Source of the DNA: Polymyxa betae A26-41
Taxonomy: Eukaryota > Protista > Endomyxa: Phytomyxea
NCBI GenBank assembly: GCA_003693705.1
Contig: RBZT01000562.1
Span: 1 to 64,000, forward strand
Direction: 5' to 3'
DNA: 64,000 nucleotides
Shown here: positions 35,305-47,798 of the stretch, piece by piece
How the letters are laid out: each line of letters begins with the position of its first letter
Position numbering within the stretch: position 1 is the first letter of the stretch
Position numbers and translations under genes: made by a program
The notes under the pieces: model-generated
What the model was told of the DNA's origin: nothing
Database searches by the model: none
Seen by the model: only the letters and a program-made list of their open reading frames with translations

Positions 35305-36798
35305 TTACAGGAGCTTGTCGAGCTTCCTGCTCATCATGTGCCTGTATATGAGGACGGCGACGAACACGACCTGGAACATGATCAAGATCGCCCAGATATT
35401 CCAGTCGCTGCCCTTCAAGGCGGCCGCCGCCACCCTCGCCGTGCCCTTCCCGATCTCGCGCGCGATCTGCGCCTGGAACGATTTCGACAGCCGATCGACG
35501 ACGCCGCCCATGTCTTTGACGGTTTCTTGCAAGGCGGCGATCTGCGCATCGATCGTGTTCGCGCGACGCTCGGTATCGACCCGACCGGAATCCACGCTGG
35601 CCTTCGTCGATTCGATCGTCTTCGCCAACGATTGCAGCTGCGACGCCGTACTGGACACGTGCTGGGCCAGCGACGAGTCGACTCGGCGAATCTGCTGCAC
35701 GATCGAGTTCGTCGACGACTGAATCTTCTGCAGGACGTTGGTCTGGACTTCCTTGAGGGCTTCGCCGGCCTGCTGCGATTCCAGCGCCGTATGCGTGGTC
35801 GCCTTCATCAGCTGGTCGATCTTGTCGTGCAGCGTCTCGGTCACATCGGCGGGTGCCGGCTCGGGAGGCGGCGGCTGGGCGAAGCCAGATTGGGTCTGCT
35901 GCTGATGTTGCGGCGGCGGCTGCTGTTGTTGTTGTTGCGGCGGCGGCGGCTGCTTCCAGCCTTGCTGCTGCTGCTGCTGCTGCCACGCTTGCTGAGGCGG
36001 TTGCTGCTGCTGCTGAGGTCGCTTCGCATTCCAATCAGGGACACCGGTCACTTCGATCGCCACGACTTCATGCGTCTCCTGCGGGTATTCGCTGGCGATC
36101 GTCTCCGCCGACACACCCAGATACCAATCGCGATCCGTTCGCATCTTGAGCGGCACCTCGAGACATTTCTGAAACCGATTGTTGCCGGTCAGGTCGACGT
36201 GAACCGACAGATCTGTCCCGTTGTAGGCGACACGGGTCGAAACGACTTCGGAGCGGCGATAGTCGGCGACACAGCCGGCCAGCTGCGTGCTAACACCATC
36301 ATCGGCGTGCGAATACGGCGTCGCTCCGTCCATGTAATGGGCCGAGATCGACGGGTTGTTTCGTCGCTTGTCGTCGTCGATCGAGTCGAAGATGATACCC
36401 AGACCTCGGAAGAAGTCGCGGCTACCATAAACCGGGCCAAGTTCGCCAGCCAAGGCGTCGTCCGGCTTCTCGAGCAGCCATAGACCGAATCCTTTGCCGG
36501 TTTTCGGGCCGGTAGCGCCTGTGATTTTCGTTCTCAGCGTGATGTTGAAGCCCTGACGATAGGCGAACGGGTTCGGGTTCCAGAGAGCGGCTTGCTGCGG
36601 CCCAGGACGCTTTCGCGTCGTTAACACGGCCGCGCCCTGGTCGAACAGAGGATTGCCGAGCTTGACCCAGCTCTCAGGCTGAAACGGCTTCACAAGGCTC
36701 ATGCCATACGGATCGTTGGCTGCTTGAAATTGCCCAGACACGACCACGACGGCGATCGCCGACAGCACGACGACATAGCTGGCGCCAAAACCAGTCAT
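35305..36798 (-). CDS. L-type (legume-like) lectin cargo receptor, ERGIC-53/VIP36 family, intronless
   Basis: Signal peptide; GKGFGLW..GPVYGS.D.F.GLGIIFDS..NNPSIS..Y.H.DDG..LAGC..DYR; Q/P tract; coiled coil; C-terminal TM. Confidence 0.9.
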   Translation of the reverse strand: MTGFGASYVVVLSAIAVVVVSGQFQAANDPYGMSLVKPFQPESWVKLGNPLFDQGAAVLTTRKRPGPQQAALWNPNPFAYRQGFNITLRTKITGATGPKTGKGFGLWLLEKPDDALAGELGPVYGSRDFFRGLGIIFDSIDDDKRRNNPSISAHYMDGATPYSHADDGVSTQLAGCVADYRRSEVVSTRVAYNGTDLSVHVDLTGNNRFQKCLEVPLKMRTDRDWYLGVSAETIASEYPQETHEVVAIEVTGVPDWNAKRPQQQQQPPQQAWQQQQQQQGWKQPPPPQQQQQQPPPQHQQQTQSGFAQPPPPEPAPADVTETLHDKIDQLMKATTHTALESQQAGEALKEVQTNVLQKIQSSTNSIVQQIRRVDSSLAQHVSSTASQLQSLAKTIESTKASVDSGRVDTERRANTIDAQIAALQETVKDMGGVVDRLSKSFQAQIAREIGKGTARVAAAALKGSDWNIWAILIMFQVVFVAVLIYRHMMSRKLDKLL

Positions 36799-38081
36799 AA
36801 TAATATAATACGATGCTTAATAAGGTACGTTCGTGTTCGTGCGATACTTGAATTGTGGTGGTCTTGGGCCGAGACAGCGAACAAGATCGCCGTTCGCGAG
36901 CAAATGACTCACACTCGGGTCTGGTTGATAGAAAGATGGCGAACTGCGTGACTCACAAGCAACCCAATTAAATCACAAATCTAACGATGAAGCCTCCGCA
37001 ATAAGTCCGCGCGTGGCCCCTTCATTCCTGTCTCACCCCTTGCAAAACATAAGGTTGAAAATGTCCGTGACGTTCAAATAAAAAACACCGTAATACAGAG
37101 TGTTGAAAAGTCCAAAAAATAGTCATTTTGCTAATAGGGCAGATTGTAAGAATAGTTTATCTGTGTGAGCGTTCTGATGATACTGGAAGGGCCACACAAG
37201 TCTGCTGGTCAGCCATCATTCAAGTATGTCTCATTTCAGGGTCCGGATTCCATAGCACCGACTCGTTGGCTGGATCCTGACGATGACGTACAATCATGTG
37301 TGGCAAACAATCGTTTTATGTCGTAGCTATCCTGGGAGGAAGCAGTTAGAAGAGTTTCCAAAGCTAGTCCTCGTACTTGGGTCGATTAGGAAATGAGCAA
37401 TGAAAACAAGGATGATTATGAAGGCATAGACGGCGATCAAATCCAGGCGGTTGCGGACGACACAGCCACCAGGATAATATTCGTCGTATCGTCTGATGGG
37501 CTTGTCGACTGGACCCGGAGCGAGCCCCTGTTGCTCATGAACAGCGATCGATACGGATTGCCTACAATCCAAGCGCCTGGGCTGCTCGGAATCGGACTCG
37601 TGTTCGGGTGCCTCGAGCAGCATCAGGGCGAATCGATTCGCCCGAGAGTGAACTAGATGGAAATCGGAGATGAATTCCGCCTAATTCATCAAAGTAGCTT
37701 TAAATAACGTAAATCCTCGAGATTATCTGACTGCATCAGACTGACAATTTTGGCTGCTTTGTTATATAAATCAGGAGAATCCTGTTTGCATTTTTGTAAG
37801 AAAACAGATCAAGAGCCAAGATCATCAATTAAAGCTGCTAATATACACAGAGTCAATACTCAGCGAATCCTTGCCATTCATTGTTTGCTTCACCGAATTG
37901 CCTACAATAAGACATTCGCCTTCGCTCCAAATCTGTCGAATAAACAGCGCGGCATTGCATTTGACCGTGAGCGGATTCGAAATTTCGAATCCGAATCAGC
38001 AAAATCGACAGCGAAATCAAGCTCAGCGGGCCTCCTACTGGTCAACGTTTCAGTCGTAGAGGGAGGCCGCTCCTTTCCAAG

Positions 38082-40541
38082 ATGTCCATTCATGATTGGC
38101 ATCAATGCTGGGTGGTGATAGGTTCAGATTTACCATTAGAACCCGTCGTGTCGGCGGCCGCCATCCTTGCCCCCGAGAACCTGCTGAAGACGCTGTCGAT
38201 CGCGCTAAACGACCCGGTGGAAGTCGAGACCGACTCGTTCGTGTGCATCGGACCATGCATCTTGCAGGCGTATTCGTCAGCTTCAGCTGGATCGGATGAG
38301 CTCATTCTCCTAGGCAGCGTTCCTTATAGGGGACATTATGAATTGCCTTTGGCGCCGCTTTCTCGGCGCTCTGCCAGAATCCGAGCTTTACGTCCTATCC
38401 CGGATTCGTTCGAGGTCGCTCTTCAGACCGACTCCCATATTCCAATGCCAAATTACGTACAAAAGCTTCTGTGCTGTCAGCGAATGGTTCTTCGTCCTGG
38501 ATCTGCCTTTGATCTACGTTATCCTGGTCGCGAGCCGGTTCGATGTTCGGTCACACATTGTCGTCCTTCAACCTGCAATATCACACCGAAGACGTGCATT
38601 TCCCTCTCTACGTGTTCAAAATCGAACAGTATGGCAGAGAAGATTCGTGCTTATGCGGAACACGAAACAATCCTCGGTTCAGCTTTCGCCCGGCTTTGCT
38701 CATTCTTACGCCTCTCTTCCTGGCGGCCGAAAGGAATTCTTGTTCATGGGGCTCCAGGGAACGGAAAGTCATTGATTGCTGAAGTTGCCGCTTTGGTGAC
38801 GAATTTGTCGATTCATCATCTCTCGGGGGACGACCTGGCTGCGATGCCTTCTCCAGGCGATGCTGAACGACTGCTTTCGGAAACGTTCTCAAACGCCTCC
38901 GATATCGTCTGCATCGATATGATTGAGAAGATCGCCGGGAAACGAGGCGCTCGTCATGCTGACAGCTCCCGCATTCTTGGACAATTATTAACATTGATGG
39001 CTGGTGCTAATTCCAAGGATGTCGTGGTGATTGGGATCACAACAAAGCCCGATGAGTTGGATCCTGCCTTGCGGAGGCCAGGCCGGTTCGGTCAGGAGGT
39101 ACTCAAAGTTTCATTTCAAATTCATGCGGTTAATCTGATTGCATAAGATTGAGGTTGTTGTTCCTGATGTTGAACAGCGTGCTGCCATTTTACAGTTCTA
39201 TTTGCAGAACGTGAGCACAGATCAAATCCAAAACATTGCTGAGCGCTCTGTTGGATACAATGGTGCCGATCTGTTCTCATTGGCCAATGAGTGTGCTTTA
39301 TCAGCCGCGTTTTGTGGTCGCGACCATATCATCGAGGAAGACATTGCAGCGGGTCTCTCTCACGTCTGCGTTTCGTCATCGCGTCGTGATACGATAGTTA
39401 AAGTTCGATCAACTCAGGTAAGCTCCATTTATGCCTGTTTATCTTCGGTTTATTCAGCCAGCGCTTGCTTTATCATGCGGCGGAAATCTGACTTCAATAA
39501 CATTAGTGGAGCGATATTGGTGGATATGACGAAATCAAGTCGAAGCTGCGAAGGCTGATTCACGCCCCGATTACGCATCCAGAGGAGTATCGTTTTATAG
39601 GGCTTCAGCTCCCTCGTGGACTACTGCTTTATGGACCTCCGGGATGTTGCAAGACAACGTTGGCGCGAGCACTCGTTTCTAGTTCATCCGAGCGTTGGTC
39701 CATTCTGAAACTTGACGCTGCCAGCGTCTATTCCTCTTTCGTCGGCGATGCCGAAGCAGCAATTCGACGGGTTTTCACCCAAGCGCGCTCCAACCTACCT
39801 TGCATGCTGCTTCTCGATGAAATTGACGCCATCGTCACCAGTCGCGGTCTACAATCATCTGGATCTGAGCGTGTTCAAGAACGAGTATGCTCTCCGAACT
39901 CGCTCAAATTTGTCTCAATTGAATTGTTACACAGATCCTATCGTCTTTGCTGAACGAAATGGACGGGATAGCTGGGGCCGATCAGATTCTGGTGGTTGCT
40001 TCAACGAACCGTCCTCACATGCTTGATGACGCTCTCCTTCGTCCTGGAAGATTCGACCATCTATTCTATGTAAGTTTGCTCTCTTTCTTAATGTTTTTTT
40101 CACTTGACTGTAGTCGCTCTGCTCTTTCTCTATCCATTATCGTTGATTTCCGTGAGCATTACTGATATTGAATATAATGGTTTAGGTTGGCCTTCCTGAT
40201 GCCTTGAGCAGACTAGAGATTCTGAAGGTGCACACAAGGTCTATGCCATTAGAATCTGATGTCGATCTCGAGCGTTTGGCTCATGAGGAGCTTGATGGCT
40301 ATACAGGAGCCGAGATTGAAAACGTTTGCCGCGAGGCTGCTCTGCACGCTTTACGCTCCAATATCGGCTGTTCTGCTGTTGTATGCTCAGTCTAGTGACG
40401 TGTTTCATTTTTGTTAACTGATTTCATTTCTAGTCAAGGTCGGACTTTAACGTCGCTATCGCTGGCATCAGGCCTACCGTAACAGCTGAATTGTGCCGAA
40501 TGTATTTAAATTTTGCAAGTGCAATGGGACCCAAAAAGTAG
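38082..40541 (+). CDS. Double-AAA ATPase, AFG2B/SPATA5L1 (CDC48B)-like; multi-exon
   Basis: D1 [24 protein letters not shown]; D2 [43 protein letters not shown]. Confidence 0.82.
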
Positions 40542-41886
40542 CCACGACCTTTCATTGTAAATGAACATTATTTATTATTATACCATTCAACATGGCTTAA
40601 AGGAAACGTTTTTGCTTGTACAGAATGTTCTGTGCTGGCCCTTTCTTGCCGGTCCAATATTCATCTGTTGACAGACAGATTATGTGCATTTCAGAATTTG
40701 CCGCTGTGACCATAATTGCATTCATATTATGGGATTTTGTATCTTTGAGCGCTACACAGATAGTATGTTCTGTTCCAAAAATTTCCGGTTTAATACGAGC
40801 GTGAGTGAGCTGTGGAATCATTGGAATTCATAATTCCTCTCTCATTATTGTACTGACAACGAAATGCATCAATAAATTCGCTTGCTGATGCTGGCCAGTA
40901 ATACCATTCGGAACCGTTTTTTTGTGATTGATCTTTGTTTTAGTGGAATGGTGAACATGTTCCCGAAATTATACCAACTGCTCACTTTAGATAAGTGCTA
41001 TGAAGGTAGAAACCAGATAAAGCTAATTCACCCTGAACGAACAGTAGTTCACAGTTACGTATTTTTTTCGGTGGATTCGGATTGGTGTTTTCATTTCTCG
41101 GACCATCTTATTGGTAAGTGCTCACTCGAATTTGAGCGCAAACAGTCAGTTATAAACTTTCATGAACTTAGCGATGAATGATCCGGGAGATGCTTGAGAA
41201 ACCTTCACAAGAACGTCAAGAAAGAGATCGACATGGTCGTTGCGGTTTCTTTGAATCTGAACTTATTCATTGTTTCTAATTGAGTGCTGCTTTCCTTGAT
41301 TCTCAACCTTCTATTACTTCGTTGCTTTCCAGTTCTTTTTATAATCAGGTTTACATCGAGTAAAACATTTAGTTCCATTCTGTCCCAACTTTCTGCAAAC
41401 TCGGACCAAGCTGGTCGATGACTGAATCCGTTTAGGTCCAAAATTAGATTAACAGCGCTCTCAAATCGATGATCTGATGCAGTCCCAGCAATGAAGTCGG
41501 TATTCGTATCATGACCATACTGGCCTCTATTTGAGACCAATTAGGTCGAAACGTGTCAGGTGAAGTCTTTAATTGATGTTACTGTAACGTGCTTGATGAC
41601 CGATGGAATCCACTCTGACGCACCCCACGAACGCGTTCATGACTCCGAGCCACGTTACAAGATCCAGGTTCATTCTGTTCTTAAAACATCATCAAATCGC
41701 TACTGGACATTTCCTCCATCTGTCCTCATACAACTAGCAAATTGAATTGACCGCCAACTAGGGCATGTCCGTCTCCAGCCAACAGCACATCAGAGATGAT
41801 ATTGATTGCATATCGTTGTCTGACAACTTGTCACTCCGCTTGCTTATTCCATACAGATGAAATCGAGACAAATTTCGATGAGACCA

Positions 41887-42878
41887 TCACACGAAGATGT
41901 CTCTGTAATCCGGTGGAGGTTTCTGATGAGGTTGTTGCTCAATGATATCCAACGATTCATTCTTGCTCACAGAACAAAGCGCATCCCGCTTCTCCAAATA
42001 CAGATACGCGATGTAGCGCATCAAAGGCAGGACCAAATAAACCATAGAATGGGCCAGCAGCCAGAACCGAATAATAAGATTGTTGCTTACATGGTAGATC
42101 CTGGCGGATATCAATAACAGCCAAAGAGCGATCCAGAGGCAGGGCGCCACTGTCACGGAATCGTGAACCCAATGGCACGAATCAGGTTCAGGAATGCGCT
42201 GGAATTCATAAGCGAGGGCGGTCCCCAGAACACGAACAGATCCGTCCAGTTCGCAGATCAGCTCAATCATGATCGGGAGCTCGTCACGCCCGCCCAGGAT
42301 CGGGGCGATCATCGCCGACGTGATTTTTCCATGATGCGCGCGGATCAGGGCGCCGATCCGACGATGAATGCGACGCTTGCCGCAGCCGAACACGAACATT
42401 CGCATGTTGCTCAGAAATCCGGCCTTCGTCGACAATTCGCAATCGGGCATCGAATCAATTTCATGGTGGCCCATAAACTCGTCGATCCAACAAAATGCGA
42501 TAAACCGCAGGTACATCTGAAGCCCGGAGCATCCGAGACCAGATCCGAAGTAGGATCTCGCGTTCAACAAGGCCAGGGTGGCGCAGATGCCCAGATGGAC
42601 CAGCACGCCGGGCAACACGTTCACCATAATCCAATACTGCGACAAGGTTAGCAGGGTATTGGCCAGGGCGCGTAGCTGGACGAGGCGATTATAGCGACGG
42701 AGCTGGGTCTGAAATCTCTGGGTGAGATCAGATAGAAAGGAACGGGACCCGAATCGGAGTAATCCACAGAGGCCGATCCACTGCGAATCAGAGCGCAGAG
42801 TTCGTGTGGAAGGAGCGCCGACCCGGGAACACGTCGCTCATACTCGTCGATGATCGAGGCCAGCCTCGGAGTCGCCAT
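41887..42878 (-). CDS. Hypothetical multi-pass membrane protein (5' structure uncertain)
   Basis: 252-aa ORF with several hydrophobic segments; upstream exon suggested by CTAAC..GCAG acceptor near 42637; exact junction unresolved. Confidence 0.5.
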
Positions 42879-42964
42879 CCGGTTCGATTACTGGGAGAAA
42901 CAACCCCGAACAAGTTCCGCAGCTTTCTAGAGCTACATGGTCCGAAGTCCGAGACCCCAGTTTC

Positions 42965-42981
42965 TAGGGTTTTAGGGTTTT
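42965..42981 (-). promoter_or_regulatory. Double telo-box-like motif about 90 bp upstream of the minus-strand ATG at 42878
   Basis: TAGGGTTTTAGGGTTTT on +. Confidence 0.45.
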
Positions 42982-44480
42982 CGGCGAATATTTCCTCGCT
43001 CGTTCTACTGTAGGGTTGGTAATCGATATTGTCAGAATTCTTTGATTGATAGTAATGCTGTGGTCGTTCTTGGCGACGAGCAGGAATCCGTCTGCACGAA
43101 CAAAAAACCTGCTTCAGCTTCTGATTTTTTGATGCAGTCATATTGAAGAGATTGAAAAAGAAGCAAGAAGAAATGGCGACCTCATCATTGCAATGTTAAA
43201 GGCGTTTCACAGGTAATCAATCAACTTTGCGGCTTTTATACTGCATTTGCCTTAAAACATGTTTTCAAAAACTCGAATAGTAAAACACTTTCACTCTTCC
43301 GCATCATACCATCCTGGGCAGTATCATCCAGCTGACCAGCCACCTATCAAACGAAGTTAACTGATGGGAGACAGCAAAATCAAAGAAACGATGATCACAG
43401 TAAAAAAAACTGCGAAGCTGATCTACAGTCGCGCAGTTTCCTGCGCCAAATTTGGCAATATTTTGATCTGCCAAATTGAGCTGGGTAGTTTCGGATCCCG
43501 GTCGTCGTACAGTCCCTGGATTTGAATGGATCGATGAGTGATAATGGCGGCTTTTTGACCAAGTACCGAATCGACAGGCTGACGCAGGGCGCTCGGGATA
43601 AGTTCAATCAAGGCGCTCATACAGTTCAGAGCGAAGCCAGTATGTCCACAATGATGTTCGAGAACTGATTGGCTGGTGCTGGCCTTGTTTCTCTGTATCA
43701 TGGTATTGTATAGTCTGCGTATGAACGCGAAGCAGTGAAAGCCACATCCATTAATAAACTTATTGCTTTCTCTGTAGCATGGCCTCGGCTTAACCTTTTC
43801 AGTTCTTCTTTAGCGATTTCGTATCAAAGCTACGTCCAGGTCTCTTCGGTGACGTCGCGCGTGTCGTTTGCAGTATGCCCATCGATGACCATTAAATTTG
43901 AGCCCGTCCGGCCGACTAACAATAGAGAAATTCCTGAGCAAATTCGTCCTTATCTACAGTTCCATAGATACACGTCACGGTTCGCAGAAGCCGATCTACA
44001 GATGAACCCGCTCAAATTCAAAAATGAGAGATTAAAAATACAAGAAAAGATGATTACCATAGTTGGCTTCAGATACCAAGTCAATCTATAACCAACCTTG
44101 TTCATCTGATTCCGATAAAGGACGTGCATGATATGTTAACCATACGCGTTCTGCGGCTAATGCAAATAATCTAAATAAAGGATAACAAACCTATTTAAAC
44201 CATTTAAGATCAGAGTAACGAAGTATTTTCGGTCACGCTGCCAGAATTTGCCAATCGGGTGACTGATTACAAGCGCGATGCAAACTACAGGTGAGACTGT
44301 CAAATCTTTTTTAACTCCGACAAACTTAGTATTTTGGAGTGCATCGGCTAACTAGCGCCCCGTCCAAACTGAATCTCAAGATTGCCTGTCAACGTGCGTC
44401 CGAGCAGCCATCTACTCGAAGGCAAAAACAGCACACAAAAGCAGACGACAGAATCACTGCGTTCGCGAACCGCCGCTTTA

Positions 44481-45272
44481 TCACTCGAACTGCCGACGCA
44501 GCAATTCGGCTCGGAGCCCGGTCTCGAACTTGAATAGCAGCTGCGGGACGTACTTCATGGGGCACGCACGGGCCACCGATGCCCTCAGCACTCCTCGAAG
44601 TTGGTCGAGATCACCGTCAGCGCCTGCCGCTCTGTCGTCGCTGGTCCAGAACACGTGCGCCCGGCGCAAATCCGTCGACATATCGACGCCGATCACGTCG
44701 ATCTCGTACCGGCCCCGTTCCAGGAGAGCGGCGGTGATTGCTTGGCCGATGGAGATGCCGACTCGTTTCCGGCGAAGAGCGCCGGAACCAGGATGATGGC
44801 GCGAGCGCGTCCGGCCGACGAGGGCGTCGTGCGGGACCACGATGTTCCCGTTCGGCGCTTCGATGGCGTTACGCTCCATGTAGCGATGATCGCGAGATTG
44901 GTAGCGCGATCGATGCCGAAGGCCTTCGAAGGCGTCATCGACGATGAAAGACGGTCTGGACTGGTCCCGAGGTCGGCGACGCCGACCGGTGCTTTCGGCC
45001 GACGCGTCCTCGTCTTGATTGATTTCGTTCTCGTCCAGCCTGAAATCATCGTCGTCGAGCTCCAGATTGGCGAAATCCGGATCGACGCGTTTCAGCTGCT
45101 GAAGGCGTCGTTCGGCATCGGTTCGGGCAGCAACTTCGGGTGGGATGGACTCAGCAGCTGCTTGTCGGCGCTGGCTGGCGAGCGGAGTGACGCGCGCCGA
45201 CGCCCATGTACCCGAAGTTCGTCGTAGGACGTCGCGGCCGGACACCAATCTGGCCAGTCTGGCGAACACCAT
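44481..45272 (-). CDS. rbfA: Ribosome-binding factor A-like protein, probably mitochondrial
   Basis: Arg-rich presequence MVFARLARLVSGR..; RKRVG..I..V.MSTDLRRAHVFW..LR..VA..MKYVPQLLFKFE. Confidence 0.82.
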   Translation of the reverse strand: MVFARLARLVSGRDVLRRTSGTWASARVTPLASQRRQAAAESIPPEVAARTDAERRLQQLKRVDPDFANLELDDDDFRLDENEINQDEDASAESTGRRRRPRDQSRPSFIVDDAFEGLRHRSRYQSRDHRYMERNAIEAPNGNIVVPHDALVGRTRSRHHPGSGALRRKRVGISIGQAITAALLERGRYEIDVIGVDMSTDLRRAHVFWTSDDRAAGADGDLDQLRGVLRASVARACPMKYVPQLLFKFETGLRAELLRRQFE

Positions 45273-45757
45273 CAACAAGATCACTCTTTCACAAAGCGAC
45301 GACGATAGCAAATGCGAGTAACGCAACAACTATCAACACTATAAAAAAATTTCTTTTGAAAGAGAGTTTATTTGTTCGGATTTGTTGTCAAAATCTGACA
45401 CCAGGTGAAGTTTTGTGCATGATGTGTTTGGTAGGAGAAGGATGGAAACATTCGCTATGTAAAGAACGGCTCCTGCTGTTGAGTCACTTCTTCCGCCGGG
45501 ACCTATCTCTTCCCCAATCGAGCTGCATTCGGCTTCCAACATTCGCCATCCAGTTAGTATTCGTTGGAAAGCGGGCCCTATTGACGACAGCTTCGCTGCG
45601 CATTCGGGGTCGGATATCTCTCTCTCATTCCGTAGAGTCTGCTCTATCTGACCTGACTCTAACAGTTGATCAAACGTCTTCCTACACAAGTTACGTTACT
45701 CGCGACTCTCCCTTTACACAGACTGCAGGTGGTCATTGAGAGAAAGACATTTCGCTA

Positions 45758-47604
45758 ATGGTCCGCTGGCTGTCACAAGGCGTCGACCCGTCAGCCCAGG
45801 CGGCCGCCGTCCGGGCCCAGTTCCCCGTTAGCGAGGTGAAGCTAGCGGCCCCTGAATCGCCCGACGGCTGGGATGACCTAGCCGAACCGCTAGCGGATGT
45901 CATCGGCCGTGGTGATATCCCGACCGAGCTGGATTCAGCAAAGGTTCGTCGGGATGATAATCTAGCATATATCGTAGCTGAACAGGTGACAGTTGGCCAT
46001 CATGAATCTGAAGAATCGTGCCGCTAATAAGTTCGGTCCGCTAATGACTAAAGTCGCTAAAATGGGCGCTTTAGAGGCCTTGATTAAGCGAATTGAAACT
46101 CCTGTGTCTTGTTCTGTGCCTCCTCAATCGATCTGGTGGCGAGAAGTAAACTACTATGGCAATTTCATCAGTTTCTTTTAAGTTTTGATGGCTTAGTTTT
46201 CTTTTTTAATTTCGTTTAGGTAACATCTGTGTAGGTATGCCAATCAAGACTTTCGGATTGTCAAATTTTATCAATATTCTGTCATAGTCTTGATCTGGTG
46301 GCCGCTGTGAGGCCTTTCAGGGCGTCGATCTGTACGTCGATCTTCTCCAGAATGCGAGTATGCAGCTCTGAGTGAATTGTTTTTAGTGAAAGCAATGAAG
46401 TTTCTACTGACGTCATCGCATTTCCAACACATCTACAGCATTCGTTGCATAGCTGTCGAAATCATCATATCACTGGTCATACTGGCTCCTGATTTCGATA
46501 CATTTGTCGCTCTTCGACAAGAAGGCTTATTTCAGGTTCTGTGCGGTAGGCATCTTCTTTCTTGAACGGTTTCGGTTTGCTTATCTTGTCTAGACCTTTT
46601 GAGTTCACTTTCCGCTGATCATGCCGAGAAGAGCGAATGGGTCGTCTACGACCTAGGTAGCCAAGAGAATCCTCTTTGCGTGCAATCGATTTGCATCAAC
46701 ATCTTTGCTTATGCCATGTCTGAATGCAATGTCGCGTCTCGAAGTTGGAAAGCGTTTGTCTGAACTTTCCCATTACTGAAATACTTCAGGCAAATCTGCC
46801 AACCCTGAAGCAAAATCTTTGTTGGCTGAATTGGAAAATTTTCCTGTTTTTATCAAGGCGATTGATGCGATTCGGGAGCACAAAGACTCTGCTTCCCCAA
46901 AATACATCGTACGGCTTAAAGTTTGATTCTCACGTCTTGAAACTAACCTTCTTGTAGGCGGATTCGATTCGTCATTTGACAATGCTGTTTGTTTTCGGCG
47001 GGCGCTCACAGTGCGTGCAAAGAGAGAACTTGAATTGGGTTGACGACGCTGCTCTGTTTCTTTCCGAAGTTCCCAAGATTGTAGCTGCGAGTTTCGAGCT
47101 GCCTGAGTAGGTTGCAATTCCACATCGTTGCTCTGCTCTCATGCGAATTTCTCTCAGTGATGGTACGAAAGCGTTTACTGAAAAAGTTCAGTTGGAATGT
47201 GACTTCCTAATTGCACTAATCCGAGAAAGGCACGAGCCCAGTAGGACCATGAACCGATCCCGCCTTCCTGATTTACGTCAGGTTTAATTCTGTTTGCTTT
47301 TCGCCGTAATGGCTCCTAAATTTATTGATAGAAATTTCGCAATGTCGCTGATAACACCAATCGCAGCATTGCTTCGCCCGAGATGTCACCAGGCTCCATT
47401 GCGGAGACTGCTTCCCAAAAGCCTTCGTGCCGAACTTGCGGTGCGGATTCGGGTCTCAAAAAATGCCAGAGATGCCTCTCTGTTCTATGTCAGTCGCGCT
47501 GACACAATTGGTATTGTCATTAAGTTAATTGTCCTGTAGATTGCAGTAGACAATGCCAAGTTTCAGATTGGAAGCAGCACAAGGTTTCATGTAATAAGAG
47601 GTAA
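45758..47604 (+). CDS. Helical/ARM-like protein with C-terminal MYND zinc finger; multi-exon
   Basis: Splicing yields CRTCGADSGLKKCQRCLSVLYCSRQCQVSDWKQHKVSC; internal exons only partly traced. Confidence 0.72.
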
Positions 47605-47798
47605 CAGCTGTGTATTGCTTGCTAAATACATCTATAAACGACGTCATTATCATTCTACAATGCCTTTCAGTTGCTGGTTATCACACTGCTATTATCAGAC
47701 TTCCTGGTTGTCTTCAGACTTCCTAATTTTATAGCAAAACGGCGATTACCTCTTCAATTTGGTTTGAGAATTAATAAGAATAATAAGAATGTGAATAT

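Noticed and set aside
35111-36483. Long antisense and alternate-frame ORFs over GC-rich genes
   Set aside because: Shadow ORFs caused by high GC3 and CAG repeats.
37393-37656. 87-aa ORF
   Set aside because: No motif or splice support; equally long antisense ORF overlaps it.
40597-41750. Fragmented minus-strand ORFs (similar fragments at 43400-44400) as decayed genes/TEs
   Set aside because: Protein-like patches, but no family recognisable without a search.
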